Origin: Octopus bimaculoides
Lineage: Eukaryota
Length of the DNA: 52,382 nucleotides
NCBI RefSeq assembly: GCF_001194135.2
Contig: NC_069001.1
Coordinates: forward strand, 11,791,307-11,843,688
Direction of reading: 5' to 3'
In this document: one piece after another, positions 39,103 through 51,125 of the stretch
How positions within the stretch are numbered: position 1 is the stretch's first letter
Layout: every line of letters starts with the position of its first letter
The notes under the pieces: generated by a model
Databases searched by the model: none
What the model was told of the DNA's origin: nothing
The model's input: only the letters and a program-made list of their open reading frames with translations
Program-made: the position numbers and the translations under genes

Positions 39103-40199
39103 ACATACCTACATTTTGTACTTTCATCCTTGTAATTTTATTGCATTCTTTCTATCTATCCAATACGTTCACCTATTGCCCACAAACGCAATCAGATCAT
39201 CGTTTCTCCCATCATGTATATAAATACCAACTCAGCAAACTTTTATTCCTTATCGCTTCTTTCGTTCGGTGAATTAATTTTATAGCAACATGACTGCGAG
39301 ATGTAGCAATGAGATAAACCATTAGGTCGTATCTCCTTTACCTCACGTTTTGTGTTAGAATTAATTGCTTTCGGACCTGTTGTATTATTTATCTATTTAT
39401 TTATTTTATTTTGTTTGATTCAATCGAACAGTATTTTCTGATCGCCATACAATGAGATGGTGTTATTTGAAAAAAAAAAAAAAAAAAAAAGGGCAAAAAT
39501 ATACAATATAAAATAAATATCAGAAAAGGATAGAAAGAAAAAAAAGAGACGCCGCATTAACAGGTCGATAAATAATAATTAAAGATCTATTCACGAAATT
39601 CAATTTTTAACAAATTACACAAACCAAAAATATAGTAAATATATAAGAATATAAATAAAATTCAAAAAGCGGGAAATAACTAGACATAAAATATATATAA
39701 TACACACGCCTTGTCGATGTTTATCCATACAGAAAAGACCACTAATTCACCTGTATGTGGCTTAAAGCAAATAAGCCTCGGAAAATGTTTTAAAATTTAG
39801 CGAAACAAGAGCATGAGGAATGTAAAAAAGTGCCAACCAATTATCTATAGAAAAACTATAACTAGAAAACTAAAGCGAAAAATGATAAATAAAAAATAAT
39901 CTTTTAAATTACTGCCAGTAGGAAACGGTAATATAATGTTAACAAATATAAAGCAAATACAGAATAAAAATATACCAACAACGAAAGGACCACTTTGTTT
40001 AAAAGAAAATAAACAAAAAAAAAGATTAAATGAATAGCGGCAGGTATGGTTATAAGCTAGCAACTGTGTAGTTTGGGGTTCAAACAACACAGGGCAAGAA
40101 ATGTGCAGTGTCTTCTGCACTAGCCAGTGTTTGTGTGTGTGGATTTTACACGAACTTTTTAGCGCCGCATCTGATTGTAATCTACAGAATATATAATAT

Positions 40200-40445
40200 A
40201 TATATATAAGAGCGTGGGCTACTAACTCCAAGATTCCGAGTTCTATTTCAAGCAGTGACCTGAACAACAACAATAATAATAATAATCATAATAATAACAT
40301 CGAAAAATACCTTAGGAATGAGAACTCAGGTTCGAAATTTCCCCAAGACTCCTGAAGAAGGCTGGAGAGTATATCAGCCGAAACATTGTGTTGACAACAA
40401 ACAAGATGAGGATAAATATCCGTCGAATGTAAGTAATGTAAATTA
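40200..40445 (+). mobile_element. PLE-terminal (pLTR-like) repeat carrying a hammerhead motif
   Basis: Contains CTGAAGA-A-GGCTG...CAGCC-GAAAC. The PLE origin is inferred from the motif. Confidence 0.5.
40347..40392 (+). ncRNA. Minimal hammerhead motif, core intact, stems I/III each with one mismatch
   Basis: GACTC-CTGAAGA-A-GGCTG-GAGAGTATAT-CAGCC-GAAA-CAT-T-GTGTT. Confidence 0.5.
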
Positions 40446-40652
40446 TGTAAACCAAGATAAGACAAACGTGTGTACAGAACAAAAAAAATTAAATTACCTC
40501 AGATATAACGTGATTGGTGAATTTTACTCCAAACAAGAGGAAGTGATTTTTCTTTCAAAGAAAATCTTTCTTTTCCATACTTTTTGTATACGGTCTTATA
40601 TTTTTATTTTATTCTTTATTTATATTTTAAATTCGGTGCTATTCTTATTGTC

Positions 40653-40683
<31 letters not shown>

Positions 40684-40988
40684 TTATTGTTGTTGATGTT
40701 GTTATTATTATGCCCATGTTAGAAATGTTATTTGTTGTAGACATCGGCATAGTATTAGTTCTAGTTTTTGCTTTTGTAATGCTCCACCACGAACTCCTAT
40801 CACGATCACTATTAATACTAATACTACCACGAACGTTATCTCGGATGAGAGATTCCGTAATTACACTCTCATGATGGAAGTTAATTTAAGTGATTGTGAA
40901 CGGTTTTGAAAAGAAATTTTGCAATCAGTCCTGCCACAATAAACCAGAACATGTTTTCTTTTATAAGGCAGCTTTATTTTCATTAACT

Positions 40989-41032
40989 GCGAGAGGGAAA
41001 GAGATAGCGAGAGGGAAAGAGATAGCAAGAGG
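40989..41032. repeat. 18-bp tandem repeat (GCGAGAGGGAAAGAGATA) x2.5 leading into a purine tract
   Basis: Direct reading. Confidence 0.85.
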
Positions 41033-41997
41033 GAGGGAGGGAGGGAGGGAGAGAGTGAGGGAGGAAGAGAGTTAGAAAGGAGAGAGAGGGAGAGATATTG
41101 TGAGAGATAAAACTATAAAGATTTTAGTTGTTCCAGTTAAGCTACATAGAAATAATTATAGTCACCCATGTAGGCCATAATTCGCTAAATCCAGAACTTT
41201 TATAGTTCCAACAAAGCAGATTATTGATGGTCGTTCGAACATGATAAAAGCTTAATCTCAGATAAAAATTTTCGTGAAATATACGGTAATACTGGCTAAA
41301 AGAAAAGTTTTAAATATATTCTCTTTACTAATGTTATACCTGGTGAGAATAGCACTATGATCAATTCTCCTTTAAAGCTATGTAGTTAAGTGTTTGTAGT
41401 GGTATGACGAATCACTTGCTTAAAGTGGTATCTGTGCATTGCAAGTTTCTTATTTTCTAATTTTTTCTCAGCAAAATTGCACCCTCGGCCAAGAGAAGAA
41501 AATATCATGGAGGTTGATTAGATATTAGTTCTTAAGAAACGTTAAGGTCGACAATTTAGGTTTGCCAAAATAATTCCAAATAGAACGTTGATGTGCGTTA
41601 GTGATTAATTAGTTCGAGCAATTAGACGGTAGAACGTTGGACATCTTTCAGTTTCATTAAACTCCACCAGAGAAATAATAAAAATTCATTGTACTCAAGA
41701 AAAACAAGGGAGACAAAAAAATTGAGTAGGTACAGAGAGCTACGTATCAGGGATTGCTGTCCACCTTAATTTGAACATCCTTAGCCAAAAGTAGTAATTT
41801 ATTGATGATCAATTCTTTGTAAAAAAAGCAACATTGACAGCTTAGGATCGAATTTCAAGATACGTGAAAGCAGAATTGCAGTATACATTCAGGATACATT
41901 TAGGCAGATACCAGTACAACCGTTCACAGATTTCGGAGTTACTGTAATCTTCACCAAATATTATCATATTTGTACAGCAAGATACAACTTACATTGT

Positions 41998-42098
41998 ATC
42001 TGTAGAGTGCTCAGCCACTTGCACATTAATTTCGCGAGCATGCTGTTCCGTTGATCGTATCAGTTGGGACCGTCGTCGTCGTAACTGACGGAATGCTC
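41998..42098 (+). mobile_element. SINE shared 3' tail module
   Basis: TCTGTAGAGTGCTCAGCCACTTGCACATTAATTTC...CTGTTCCGTTGATCG...GTAACTGACGGAATGC. Confidence 0.85.
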
Positions 42099-42180
42099 CT
42101 TCATATATAGATATATATATATATATATACGTTTGTGTGTGTGTAAGAGTTAAATATATATATATATATATATATATAAA

Positions 42181-42670
42181 GAGTTAAATAACTCAAAAGC
42201 CGCAAAACGTAATGACTGAAAAAGGGAGGAATGTCTCCACTGTACATAGTCGGGTCGCGATTTCGTACTTTGATGTAGACTATATTTTAATCCTCATCAG
42301 CATCTCTTAACGCCTAGCCTTAAACTTAACTACCTATGCCGGTCTTATAAGAAAAAACAGTTGAAAACCTGTGCTTATTTTCAAAACAGTAAGAGTGTAA
42401 ACGACAAATTAAAAAGGGTAGCGTATTAGCAATTAAAACCTAAAAACAAAATTAACAGAGATCATACTGACTGGAACCGCTTCAGCTAAAAATATGAGTT
42501 AAAATAATCCAAGTGCCACAAAAGCACTGAGCTTAATCATGGACAAAGGGAGGTAAATCCTTACGTCCATTGTCGGATTACGATTTGGGATTTTCGTGTA
42601 CACCCTCTTAATCCTTATTAGTGTCTCTTAACGCCTAGTGTTGAACTTTATTACCTCTGTCAGTGTTATA
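42181..42670 (-). repeat. Diverged direct repeat pair (~170-bp units, ~320-bp period), each with a decayed hammerhead motif
   Basis: CTCTTAACGCCTAG at 42304 and 42625; GAGTTAAA at 42181 and 42496. Confidence 0.75.
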
Positions 42671-43291
42671 TATTAGTGGCGTGGTCGATGGCTGCTGTAG
42701 TTTATGGAAATTACAGTATTAAGTTAAATATTGCTGTTAAGGTTTACTAATTAGTACATCTCGTTGGTGCGAATTAATTCTAATTTGTTCTTGAGTTGTG
42801 GCGGTTGATATCTTGGCGATGAGGTGTTGTATTTGGCATTTAGATGTATATGAGATGAATCTAGGGAAAGCTGTAATTGCGCATACATGGATACGACTGA
42901 CGCTACATGACTCGCTGATGGCACAAACATTACATCTGTGTGTATGTGTGTTGTGTACGTGTGTGTGTGTGTGTGTGTGTGTGCTTTGGCGTCTGTGTGT
43001 GCATGTGTTTATATGTATATTTATATATGCTAGAGGTGTTTGCGTCATAAGAATTGATAAACTTTCGTGAGAACGTGGAATTGCATTTCGAAGTACGTAG
43101 AAAGCAATCAATAATACTATATAACTATTAACATGTCCAGTGAAGATGTGAGTTCAAATCCCATGGGAAAATAATGAGATGGTATTATTAATAACTTTAT
43201 ACCCAATTGAAGACCTCCTTTCCCTACCAAAAACATATCTGTATATATATGCGTGATCTACATATGCGTGTTCGTGCGTGTGTTTGTGTGT

Positions 43292-43324
<33 letters not shown>

Positions 43325-44089
43325 GTGTGTGTGTGTGNNNNNNNNNNNNNNNNNNNNNNNNNNNNNNNNNNNNNNNNNNNNNNNNNNNNNNNNNNNNNNN
43401 NNNNNNNNNNNNNNNNNNNNNNNNNNNNNNNNNNNNNNNNNNNNNNNNNNNNNNNNNNNNNNNNNNNNNNNNNNNNNNNNNNNNNNNNNNNNNNNNNNNN
43501 NNNNNNNNNNNNNNNNNNNNNNNNNNNNNNNNNNNNTATATATGGAAAAAAGACAAAGTAGAAAATGCTAAAATACTTTTATAAAGAACATTACAGAACC
43601 GGATTCGAACCTTTGAAATCTTTTCAACAGTTAATATGAATAATAGATTTTTGAAAAATTATTTAAAAAATAAAATTTGGCAAATTTAAAAGAAAATTCT
43701 TTTTAAAGACATATTTGTATAGTATTCAAGTAACAGCGGCATTTTTCTTGTTTCTCCCTGTCTCTGTTTCACTTGTTAACTCTTGTGGGTTCGAATTCCA
43801 TATGTATAGAAATACACACACACACACATATATATTTGTATTTATATGTAGTTATGTGTGCGTATGTGGGTGTATCCGTGTATGTGTGCTTTTGTGGGTG
43901 CAACATTCAGCGAAAACGAAATTCACTGTATAGAATTAAATAAATTTTGATGATATCTAGTATTCATTCTAACGTTTTTTTTCTTCTTCTTCTTGTTTTA
44001 TTTTAGTTAACTGCTGGTTACAGGGAGATAAACAAAACAACCACGCGACTAAAGCGGTGATGCAACAAGCAGAAACTCAAATTAGAAAC

Positions 44090-44243
44090 GGACACAATAT
44101 TTACTACCATATTTGCTCACAGCACTTTCCCCTGCCCGGGGCGGTTTTTGAAGGTATTTCCCCAAGTTTGCAATGGGACTGATCATGAAGCTATTTGTTT
44201 GAAAAGCGATCTTCTACAACCGCACAGCCATACCGGTGCCTAA
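44090..44243 (-). mobile_element. Degenerate SINE related to the family A head
   Basis: GGGACTGA...GAAAAGCGATCTTCTACAACCGCACAGCCATACCGGTGCC. Confidence 0.5.
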
Positions 44244-44449
44244 AAGAAATATTAAATATATTAATTACACTTTCATGGCTTATCAACTTAATCTGCACGT
44301 TTTAAGCGATTAAGTAATTAAAGCGTTAATAACATCACAGACTAAGCAAATTCGGTATTTAGTGACTTTGTCTTTCGCTACCCTGTTGAAATAATATCTC
44401 ATTCCTAGTTATTTGCACCAGACTTATAGCATTTGTATTGTCCATTCTT

Positions 44450-44720
44450 CAGCCAATCTGTTCCGTCTTTTATTCCTGCTACGCTCGTGCAGTTAGAATC
44501 TTTAGTTGCCTTACCATACGGTCATATTAGAAGAAATCATCATGACACATTCCTGATGGATATCATCCTAACATCTCGTTCTTTGTCTACTCTTAGGTTT
44601 CCTACTGGTTGGTTCAGCTTGAAGAATTGTCTTACGATTCTTTTCTCTGGCATTCCAATTATATGTCCACCTTATTTCGACTTACTGGAACAGGATTTCT
44701 TGCATCGCTATTATTCCTTC
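44450..44720 (-). mobile_element. RTE-clade LINE ORF2 C-terminal fragment (decayed)
   Basis: Minus strand GHIIGMPEKRIVRQFFKLNQP, then after a frameshift SRKPKSRQRTRC*DDI. This fits RTE GHV.RM...R.....GKR.RGRP..RW.D.I. Confidence 0.65.
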
Positions 44721-45552
44721 CTGAACCTTTCTTCAATTTTCTCCACTCAATCCATTCTACTGACATATCCCGAACAGCAGAGCTGTAATTTCACAATGCA
44801 AAGAAGGAGCGACTCGACCTGGAAGCATTCCTCTATGTACGAGCTACGCAGCCTATCGTAGAGGTTACTGCTAACCAGTCGGTGAAGTCTCATTTCTCAA
44901 CTTGCATTCCGGTTCGTACTCTTTCAGCGATAACCCAATATTCATGAACACAGGAGACTATATGGGAAAAAATTTGAATTCTTTATTTAACTTTACAGAA
45001 GTCTTGTGTCAATAAGTATTATAACAGGTATTTTCTTTTCCGTTGCTGTCAGAAATTTTCACTGACACGATTTCAGTTATGTACCGTTGTGACTAACATA
45101 TTCGCTATAAAGCATTTTGGATATAATGGGAAAATTTTACTATTCCGCCAAGAGCTGTAAAACCTGGAGTTACAGACAATATCGGTATAGTGTACGATAT
45201 ATTGTATAAGAATTTCTACATAGGAATTTCATGTATTTGTACGTATATGAACATGCACATTAGCATAGACAAAGGGGAAAATAATGTCAGAGCGAGAGAG
45301 AAGGAGAGCGAGAAGGAGACAGAGAGACAGAGACAGAAAGACAGATAGACAGGAAAGGAGAGAGCAGTGGAGTGAATCAGATTTATCTATACGAATGTAG
45401 GATAACATATAGGAATAAAGAAACACACCCATACATACATATATATACATACAAATATATATGGGGAAAAGTATATATAAATATATGTACATACATGCAT
45501 ATATTTACAAGTATATATGTATGTTAGTATACATATCAACACACGCACACAA

Positions 45553-45584
<32 letters not shown>

Positions 45585-45594
45585 NNNNNNNNNN

Positions 45595-45629
<35 letters not shown>

Positions 45630-46293
45630 GTACAACTCAGTAAATACTAGCTTTCGGCAAAGATGCAGTAAGGTTAATAATTTCATGTACAAAGTTCGTG
45701 AACATATTATACACTCAACTAAAACATAGAAACTATAAGTTCATGAAACCTATACACACTTTCACACATAAAATGTTTCATATAAACACGAAAACTTTTG
45801 GTTTGGACCGTAAAATATCCGATTTCCTACTATCACGCAGCCTTCAGCGAAGCATAAAAACTGTAGTGGATTGGAAAATCACATTTTGTTAGTTTGTGAG
45901 GTGCTCAGTTACACAGACCACGGGGTATCAGATTGGAATTCACCGCCAAGTAAAGGAAAAATGTCTAATGTTGAAATTGTATTCACCTTATTTTGTATTT
46001 GTGTGTCCAATCTCTGTTGTCTGTGTGTGTCTATATTGAAAACGTAATTCATTCTGTGTTACTTAGGAATAATATATCTCAGTACATTTTATCCTCTTAA
46101 CAATAGATTGCATAGTGTTCTAATATATGAAAGCGTATGCATGTATACATGTATGTGTAGTGGGGACGAGATTGTGTGTACTTATATACACACGGTCTAA
46201 AATTGCAGAGAAGTGTATAAAAATCCTCAATTTATAATTTAAGCGCGTGTGTCTGTGTGCGTGTGTTTGTGTGTATATACATATATTTATTTT

Positions 46294-46336
46294 TTGAACC
46301 CGTTGAAGACACACAAGATGTCGAAATATCGTTCAA
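46294..46336 (+). ncRNA. Minimal hammerhead-like motif with variant core (copy 1)
   Basis: TTGAAC-CCGTTGA-A-GACA-CACAAGA-TGTC-GAAA-TAT-C-GTTCAA: 6-bp stem I, 4-bp stem II, palindromic AUAU stem III, AUC triplet. Confidence 0.55.
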
Positions 46337-46445
46337 TAGATAACAATGGCACTGTTCTTTTAAGTTTGACTCTATCTCTTCTGGAAGTGTTACCTCAATC
46401 CTTTCTATATTAACTAAAATGAAGTAGATTGACAAATTTATTTTT

Positions 46446-46486
46446 TGAACCCGTTGAATACACACAGGATGTCGAAATATCGTTCA
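46446..46486 (+). ncRNA. Minimal hammerhead-like motif with variant core (copy 2)
   Basis: TGAAC-CCGTTGA-A-TACA-CACAGGA-TGTC-GAAA-TAT-C-GTTCA; the closing pair of stem II is broken. Confidence 0.45.
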
Positions 46487-47074
46487 CGAGATGTGAATTG
46501 ACTTAGCTTACCTTATGGCTACAAATAAAGACAAATCTTATCAAACATATACATACATTTATGTACAGCGCGGCTCTGTATGACTGAAAAAGAATTTTCT
46601 TTTTGTCATATCGTTTGACCTCAGGGCATATCAAGCCGGAAAAAAATAACACTAAACATTCTCTCCGATATACCAGCTTGACACTTGATGTATTTATTGT
46701 GGTCAATACATTAATGAATTCTATGAAAAAAAAATTTGAAGAAGCAAATACGTTGACGTCTGCATGGAAGCAAAGATATACGGAACAATTTGCACATCTA
46801 ATTCGAGAGGATTGCTCATCTATTAAAAGGAGAATTTAAAGAGAGTTGATACACTTAGATAAGACCTATATGGAAATAAAACTATTAGATATCAAAGAAT
46901 ATTCAGGATAGTGATCAATAATTTTTAACTATAATAATATATGTATGAGTAATATAAGTGCTTCTACTTTGAAGGCATTAGGTTGGGATTTAGTAACCTT
47001 TTTTTTTTTTTCATTTTCGGATGACTTTATAGCTGTTGTTAGATAGTTGAGAGACAACCACTTAACAACAGTTA

Positions 47075-47270
47075 TTGTTCTGGCGTGTTACAGTCATTAA
47101 ACTGCGGCCACGCTCGGATACAGCCTTGGAGGACCTGCAGTCGATCGAATTCAGTGTTTATTTCTATTACATTTTCAGCCTGGTACTTATCCTATCGACA
47201 TCTTTTGCCGAACCGCTAATTTACGTGGACGTAAACACACCAAAAGAGATTCTAAAGCGGTTGTGGGGAA
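47075..47270 (-). mobile_element. SINE family A 3' half, diverged
   Basis: ACAGTCATTAAACTGCGGCCACGCT...CTTTTGCCGAACCGCTAATTTACGTGGACGTAAACACACC. Confidence 0.75.
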
Positions 47271-47550
47271 TAATTACAGAGAGAAACACATATAAAAATA
47301 TGCAAGCCGCAATGGAAGCCATCAGCACTGGATAAATCGAGATGAGGATAGAAAAAAGATTTAATATTTCGGATCATGATGCAGTTAGAGGATATAGATA
47401 ATACAAGCACTCCCCATACACACACATGCACTTACAAAAACATAGACATATTGAAGGATACGCAAGCGTAGACACATACAATAGGAATACAAAATACAAA
47501 ATGGCTGATAGTTAGCAAAGTGAGACACACATAAGAAAGAAGAAAGCAAA

Positions 47551-47595
47551 GGACCACTGATGAGGTCACAGAAGTGTGACGAAAGAACTCTGGCC
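47551..47595 (+). ncRNA. Minimal type I hammerhead ribozyme motif, canonical core
   Basis: GGACCA-CTGATGA-G-GTCACA-GAAG-TGTGAC-GAAA-GAACT-C-TGGCC: CUGAUGA, 6-bp stem II, GAAA, CUC triplet, stem I CCA/UGG (+GG/CC across a bulge). Confidence 0.75.
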
Positions 47596-48877
47596 AAAAT
47601 AGGATTAATGTAATATAATGTGATATAAAGCTGAAGCAAATTGACACCAAATATACAGTGTGTTTGTTTTTATNNNNNNNNNNNNNNNNNNNNNNNNNNN
47701 NNNNNNNNNNNNNNNNNNNNNNNNNNNNNNNNNNNNNNNNNNNNNNNNNNNNNNNNNNNNNNNNNNNNNNNNNNNNNNNNNNNNNNNNNNNNNNNNNNNN
47801 NNNNNNNNNNNNNNNNNNNNNNNNNNNNNNNNNNNNNNNNNNNNNNNNNNNNNNNNNNNNNNNNNNNNNNNNNNNNNNNNNNNNNNNNNNNNNNNNNNNN
47901 NNNNNNNNNNNNNNNNNNNNNNNNNNNNNNNNNNNNNNNNNNNNNNNNNNNNNNNNNNNNNNNNNNNNNNNNNNNNNNNNNNNNNNNNNNNNNNNNNNNN
48001 NNNNNNNNNNNNNNNNNNNNNNNNNNNNNNNNNNNATATATATATAGGTAAATAAATAGATACAGTTTACTAATGAACTATATGATGAGTACATATTCGT
48101 ACAATTTGTTGGCTACGGGGCTTCGATATTGGAAACACTGTAGCATAAAGCTAGCTGGCAGTTACAAGGTTTCGCCAAAAATGTATTCCACCGAAGTTTG
48201 TTTAATATGTTTGATATCAAGATTATTGCATCAATCGTCAACTAAGGCTGCATTAATAGATTTACACATTGAAAGGCTTTCGGAAATCAATTCAAAAGAA
48301 CAAATACACCAACTCACTCACGCACAGAAACACATAAGCTAACTAACGCACAATCACACAAACATACACATCACTATACACAAACCCCACGAACCCGTGT
48401 ATATGGAATAATGATTATATTTCTCTTTTCTCCTCCACCCCTGCAACTACTAAAACTACTACTACTGATAATAATAAAGATAATAATGTTACAATTCTAT
48501 AAGTATATAAATATGACAGATATAAATGTGCACACCCATACNNNNNNNNNNNNNNNNNNNNNNNNNNNNNNNNNNNNNNNNNNNNNNNNNNNNNNNNNNN
48601 NNNNNNNNNNNNNNNNNNNNNNNNNNNNNNNNNNNNNNNNNNNNNNNNNNNNNNNNNNNNNNNNNNNNNNNNNNNNNNNNNNNNNNNNNNNNNNNNNNNN
48701 NNNNNNNNNNNNNNNNNNNNNNNNNNNNNNNNNNNNNNNNNNNNNNNNNNNNNNNNNNNNNNNNNNNNNNNNNNNNNNNNNNNNNNNNNNNNNNNNNNNN
48801 NNNNNNNNNNNNNNNNNNNNNNNNNNNNNNNNNNNNNNNNNNNNNNNNNNNNNNNNNNNNNNNNNNNNNNNNTGTCT

Positions 48878-48912
<35 letters not shown>

Positions 48913-49597
48913 TATATACCTTACAACTTTACTTTGTTATACACACACACACACATACATGTATATGTATATACATATATATATTCATTGAATACATAAT
49001 TAGACCGATAGAGAGATCGGTTGATAGTTGATAGATGGTGCGACAGTACATTTAGTATGCACATACACGTATATGTCCGTGTATATATATATATATATAT
49101 ATATGCTTTCACGCGTGTATATGCAAACATACACACATATATGTATATGTGTGCACACATAAATATTCTTCTTTATTTTTATATACTCATACGTCATTAT
49201 ATTTTTATAGATTACGTTGACTATGCTTATATACGTATGTCTTCGCGACGGCTTACACATACACTTACACGGTAATTTTTCTGTAAGAATCAGCGAATTG
49301 TCAGACTCAATAGAGCGTTTGATAAACTGTTTGGCACTAATCGTTCCAATCGAACGCACGCTGCCATTAAAAGTACCACCGAACGCGAGTATAACTTACT
49401 TTTGATCATTTCGCTGTCGATAAGTTAAGCACAAGCCCACTAATGGATTCTCTCTCTTTCTCGGTTTGTGGTCTCCCACCGTTTCTCTCGTTTACTGTTC
49501 GACCATGCAACTAGTTGATGACGCAGCACTCATCACACAATAAGGTGAGTGTTTGATAAGGTTTCTATGAACAGTCTCACATATGTAACACTTTATG

Positions 49598-49750
49598 GCT
49601 CTGTAATGTGAAGCTTGCTTCTCAACCACATTTCCAGGTTCAATCACACTGAGTGGTACCTTGGGCAAGTGTCTTCTAGTACAGTTTGAGGCTGACCAAT
49701 GCCTTGTGAGTGAAATTCGAAGACGGAAATTGAAAGAAGCCTGTACTATA
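49598..49750 (+). mobile_element. SINE family A 5' half
   Basis: GCTTGCTTCTCAACCACA...GGTACCTTGGGCAAGTGTCTTCT...GACGGAAATTGAAAGAAGCC. Confidence 0.8.
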
Positions 49751-50234
49751 TATAGGGGGTGATTACATTCTCTAAGAGCTGTTTGAGATATCGCTTGTTA
49801 CTGACAAGAATGTAGTGATGAAGTAAATGAGTAATGACTTGGATCTTTGAAGGTATCGATACGTAAATTATTATATACCCGTAAAGCTTGTAAATCGCGA
49901 ATTTTATGTAGCTTTGAAGAGCTGTAGACTTTACAACTTTAATAAATCCGCTGACTCTCTTGATATCAGATCAGCGTTCATCAACAAATGTAACCATATC
50001 GTTAAGCACCTGCAAAAGTTTATCTGACCACACAATTGAACGGATTGAAAATAAAATATTTACCGAGAGTAGTGGAGTTGTCTCTATTTCTCCCCTCGGT
50101 CATGCATCGTATAACACAACACCAATATTCTAAATTTCACTCATTTCTCTCATCAAAGACAGCAATAAATTCATTATGCAATCTCTTATTGGTAGCTTTA
50201 TTGATATATCTCATACACACCGCATGTTCATTGC

Positions 50235-50600
50235 AATAAGCATGTGTGGTTTTAAATCAACGTGGAGTTGAGTTCAATCCAACACCATACCACCTCACAC
50301 GAATGATTTCTACAAGAGTTCTTAATCGACCAATGTATTTTCAGTGCATTTTGAGGCGGGAAGAATATTTAAGCCCGTCGAATATGCGTGTCTTTATGAT
50401 TATAAAAGTGTGTAGTTGCGCTTGTGTTTTTCCATCACCCACAAGTTGATGACTGTTCTTGATTTGCTTGCGTCCCAGTAACTTAGCGGTTCGGCAAAAG
50501 ACAAAGATCGAATGAATATCAATAAGTTACAGATTTAAAAAATGAAGGTACTGGTGTGGATCTGTTCGAATAAACCATTCTCGACGGTCCCCAAGCAAGC
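50235..50600 (+). mobile_element. Highly diverged SINE family A copy
   Basis: CGTCCCAGTAACTTAGCGGTTCGGCAAAAGAC at ~50471. Confidence 0.65.
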
Positions 50601-51029
50601 TGGAAAAAAATTTAAAAGAAAGATATATCCTAAAAAGTTGATGAGAATCCCATTAGCCATTTGCTAAATTTTATCATAATATTACACAGACAAACCATCA
50701 GAACAACGCTATTTGTGATTCACTATTGGCAATCGCCTTCTTCCTTTCAATATTTCTGACACATTTTCTATTTCATTAATGCAAAGGACATAACCCACTC
50801 CCAAATATATGCACTGAAATGTGCATCAAATATTTTAAGACCCATAATTTAATAAAAGAAACTCTACAAGAAAACTTAACTCAGATAATGTTATATATTG
50901 TTTATATAACAGTTTGAAGTTTTATTAATCATAATATTACTTACCGAAATATGTAATATTAAACAGTGAGTTATACTGTACTATCACCAGTACATTATGT
51001 CATTTAATATATATCACTGCACCGTGTAT

Positions 51030-51089
51030 ATAATCTATATATGCATGTATGTATGCAGCCATGTGTGTATGAATTCATGTATATATGTA

Positions 51090-51125
<36 letters not shown>

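Larger units (their letters stand above)
46285..46486 (+). repeat. 51-bp direct repeat pair, 151-bp period
   Basis: 46285-46335 versus 46436-46486, 2 differences. Confidence 0.95.

Noticed and set aside
45640-45690. GCCGAAAGCTAGTA half-hammerhead (minus)
   Set aside because: No CUGANGA strand or stem II partner.
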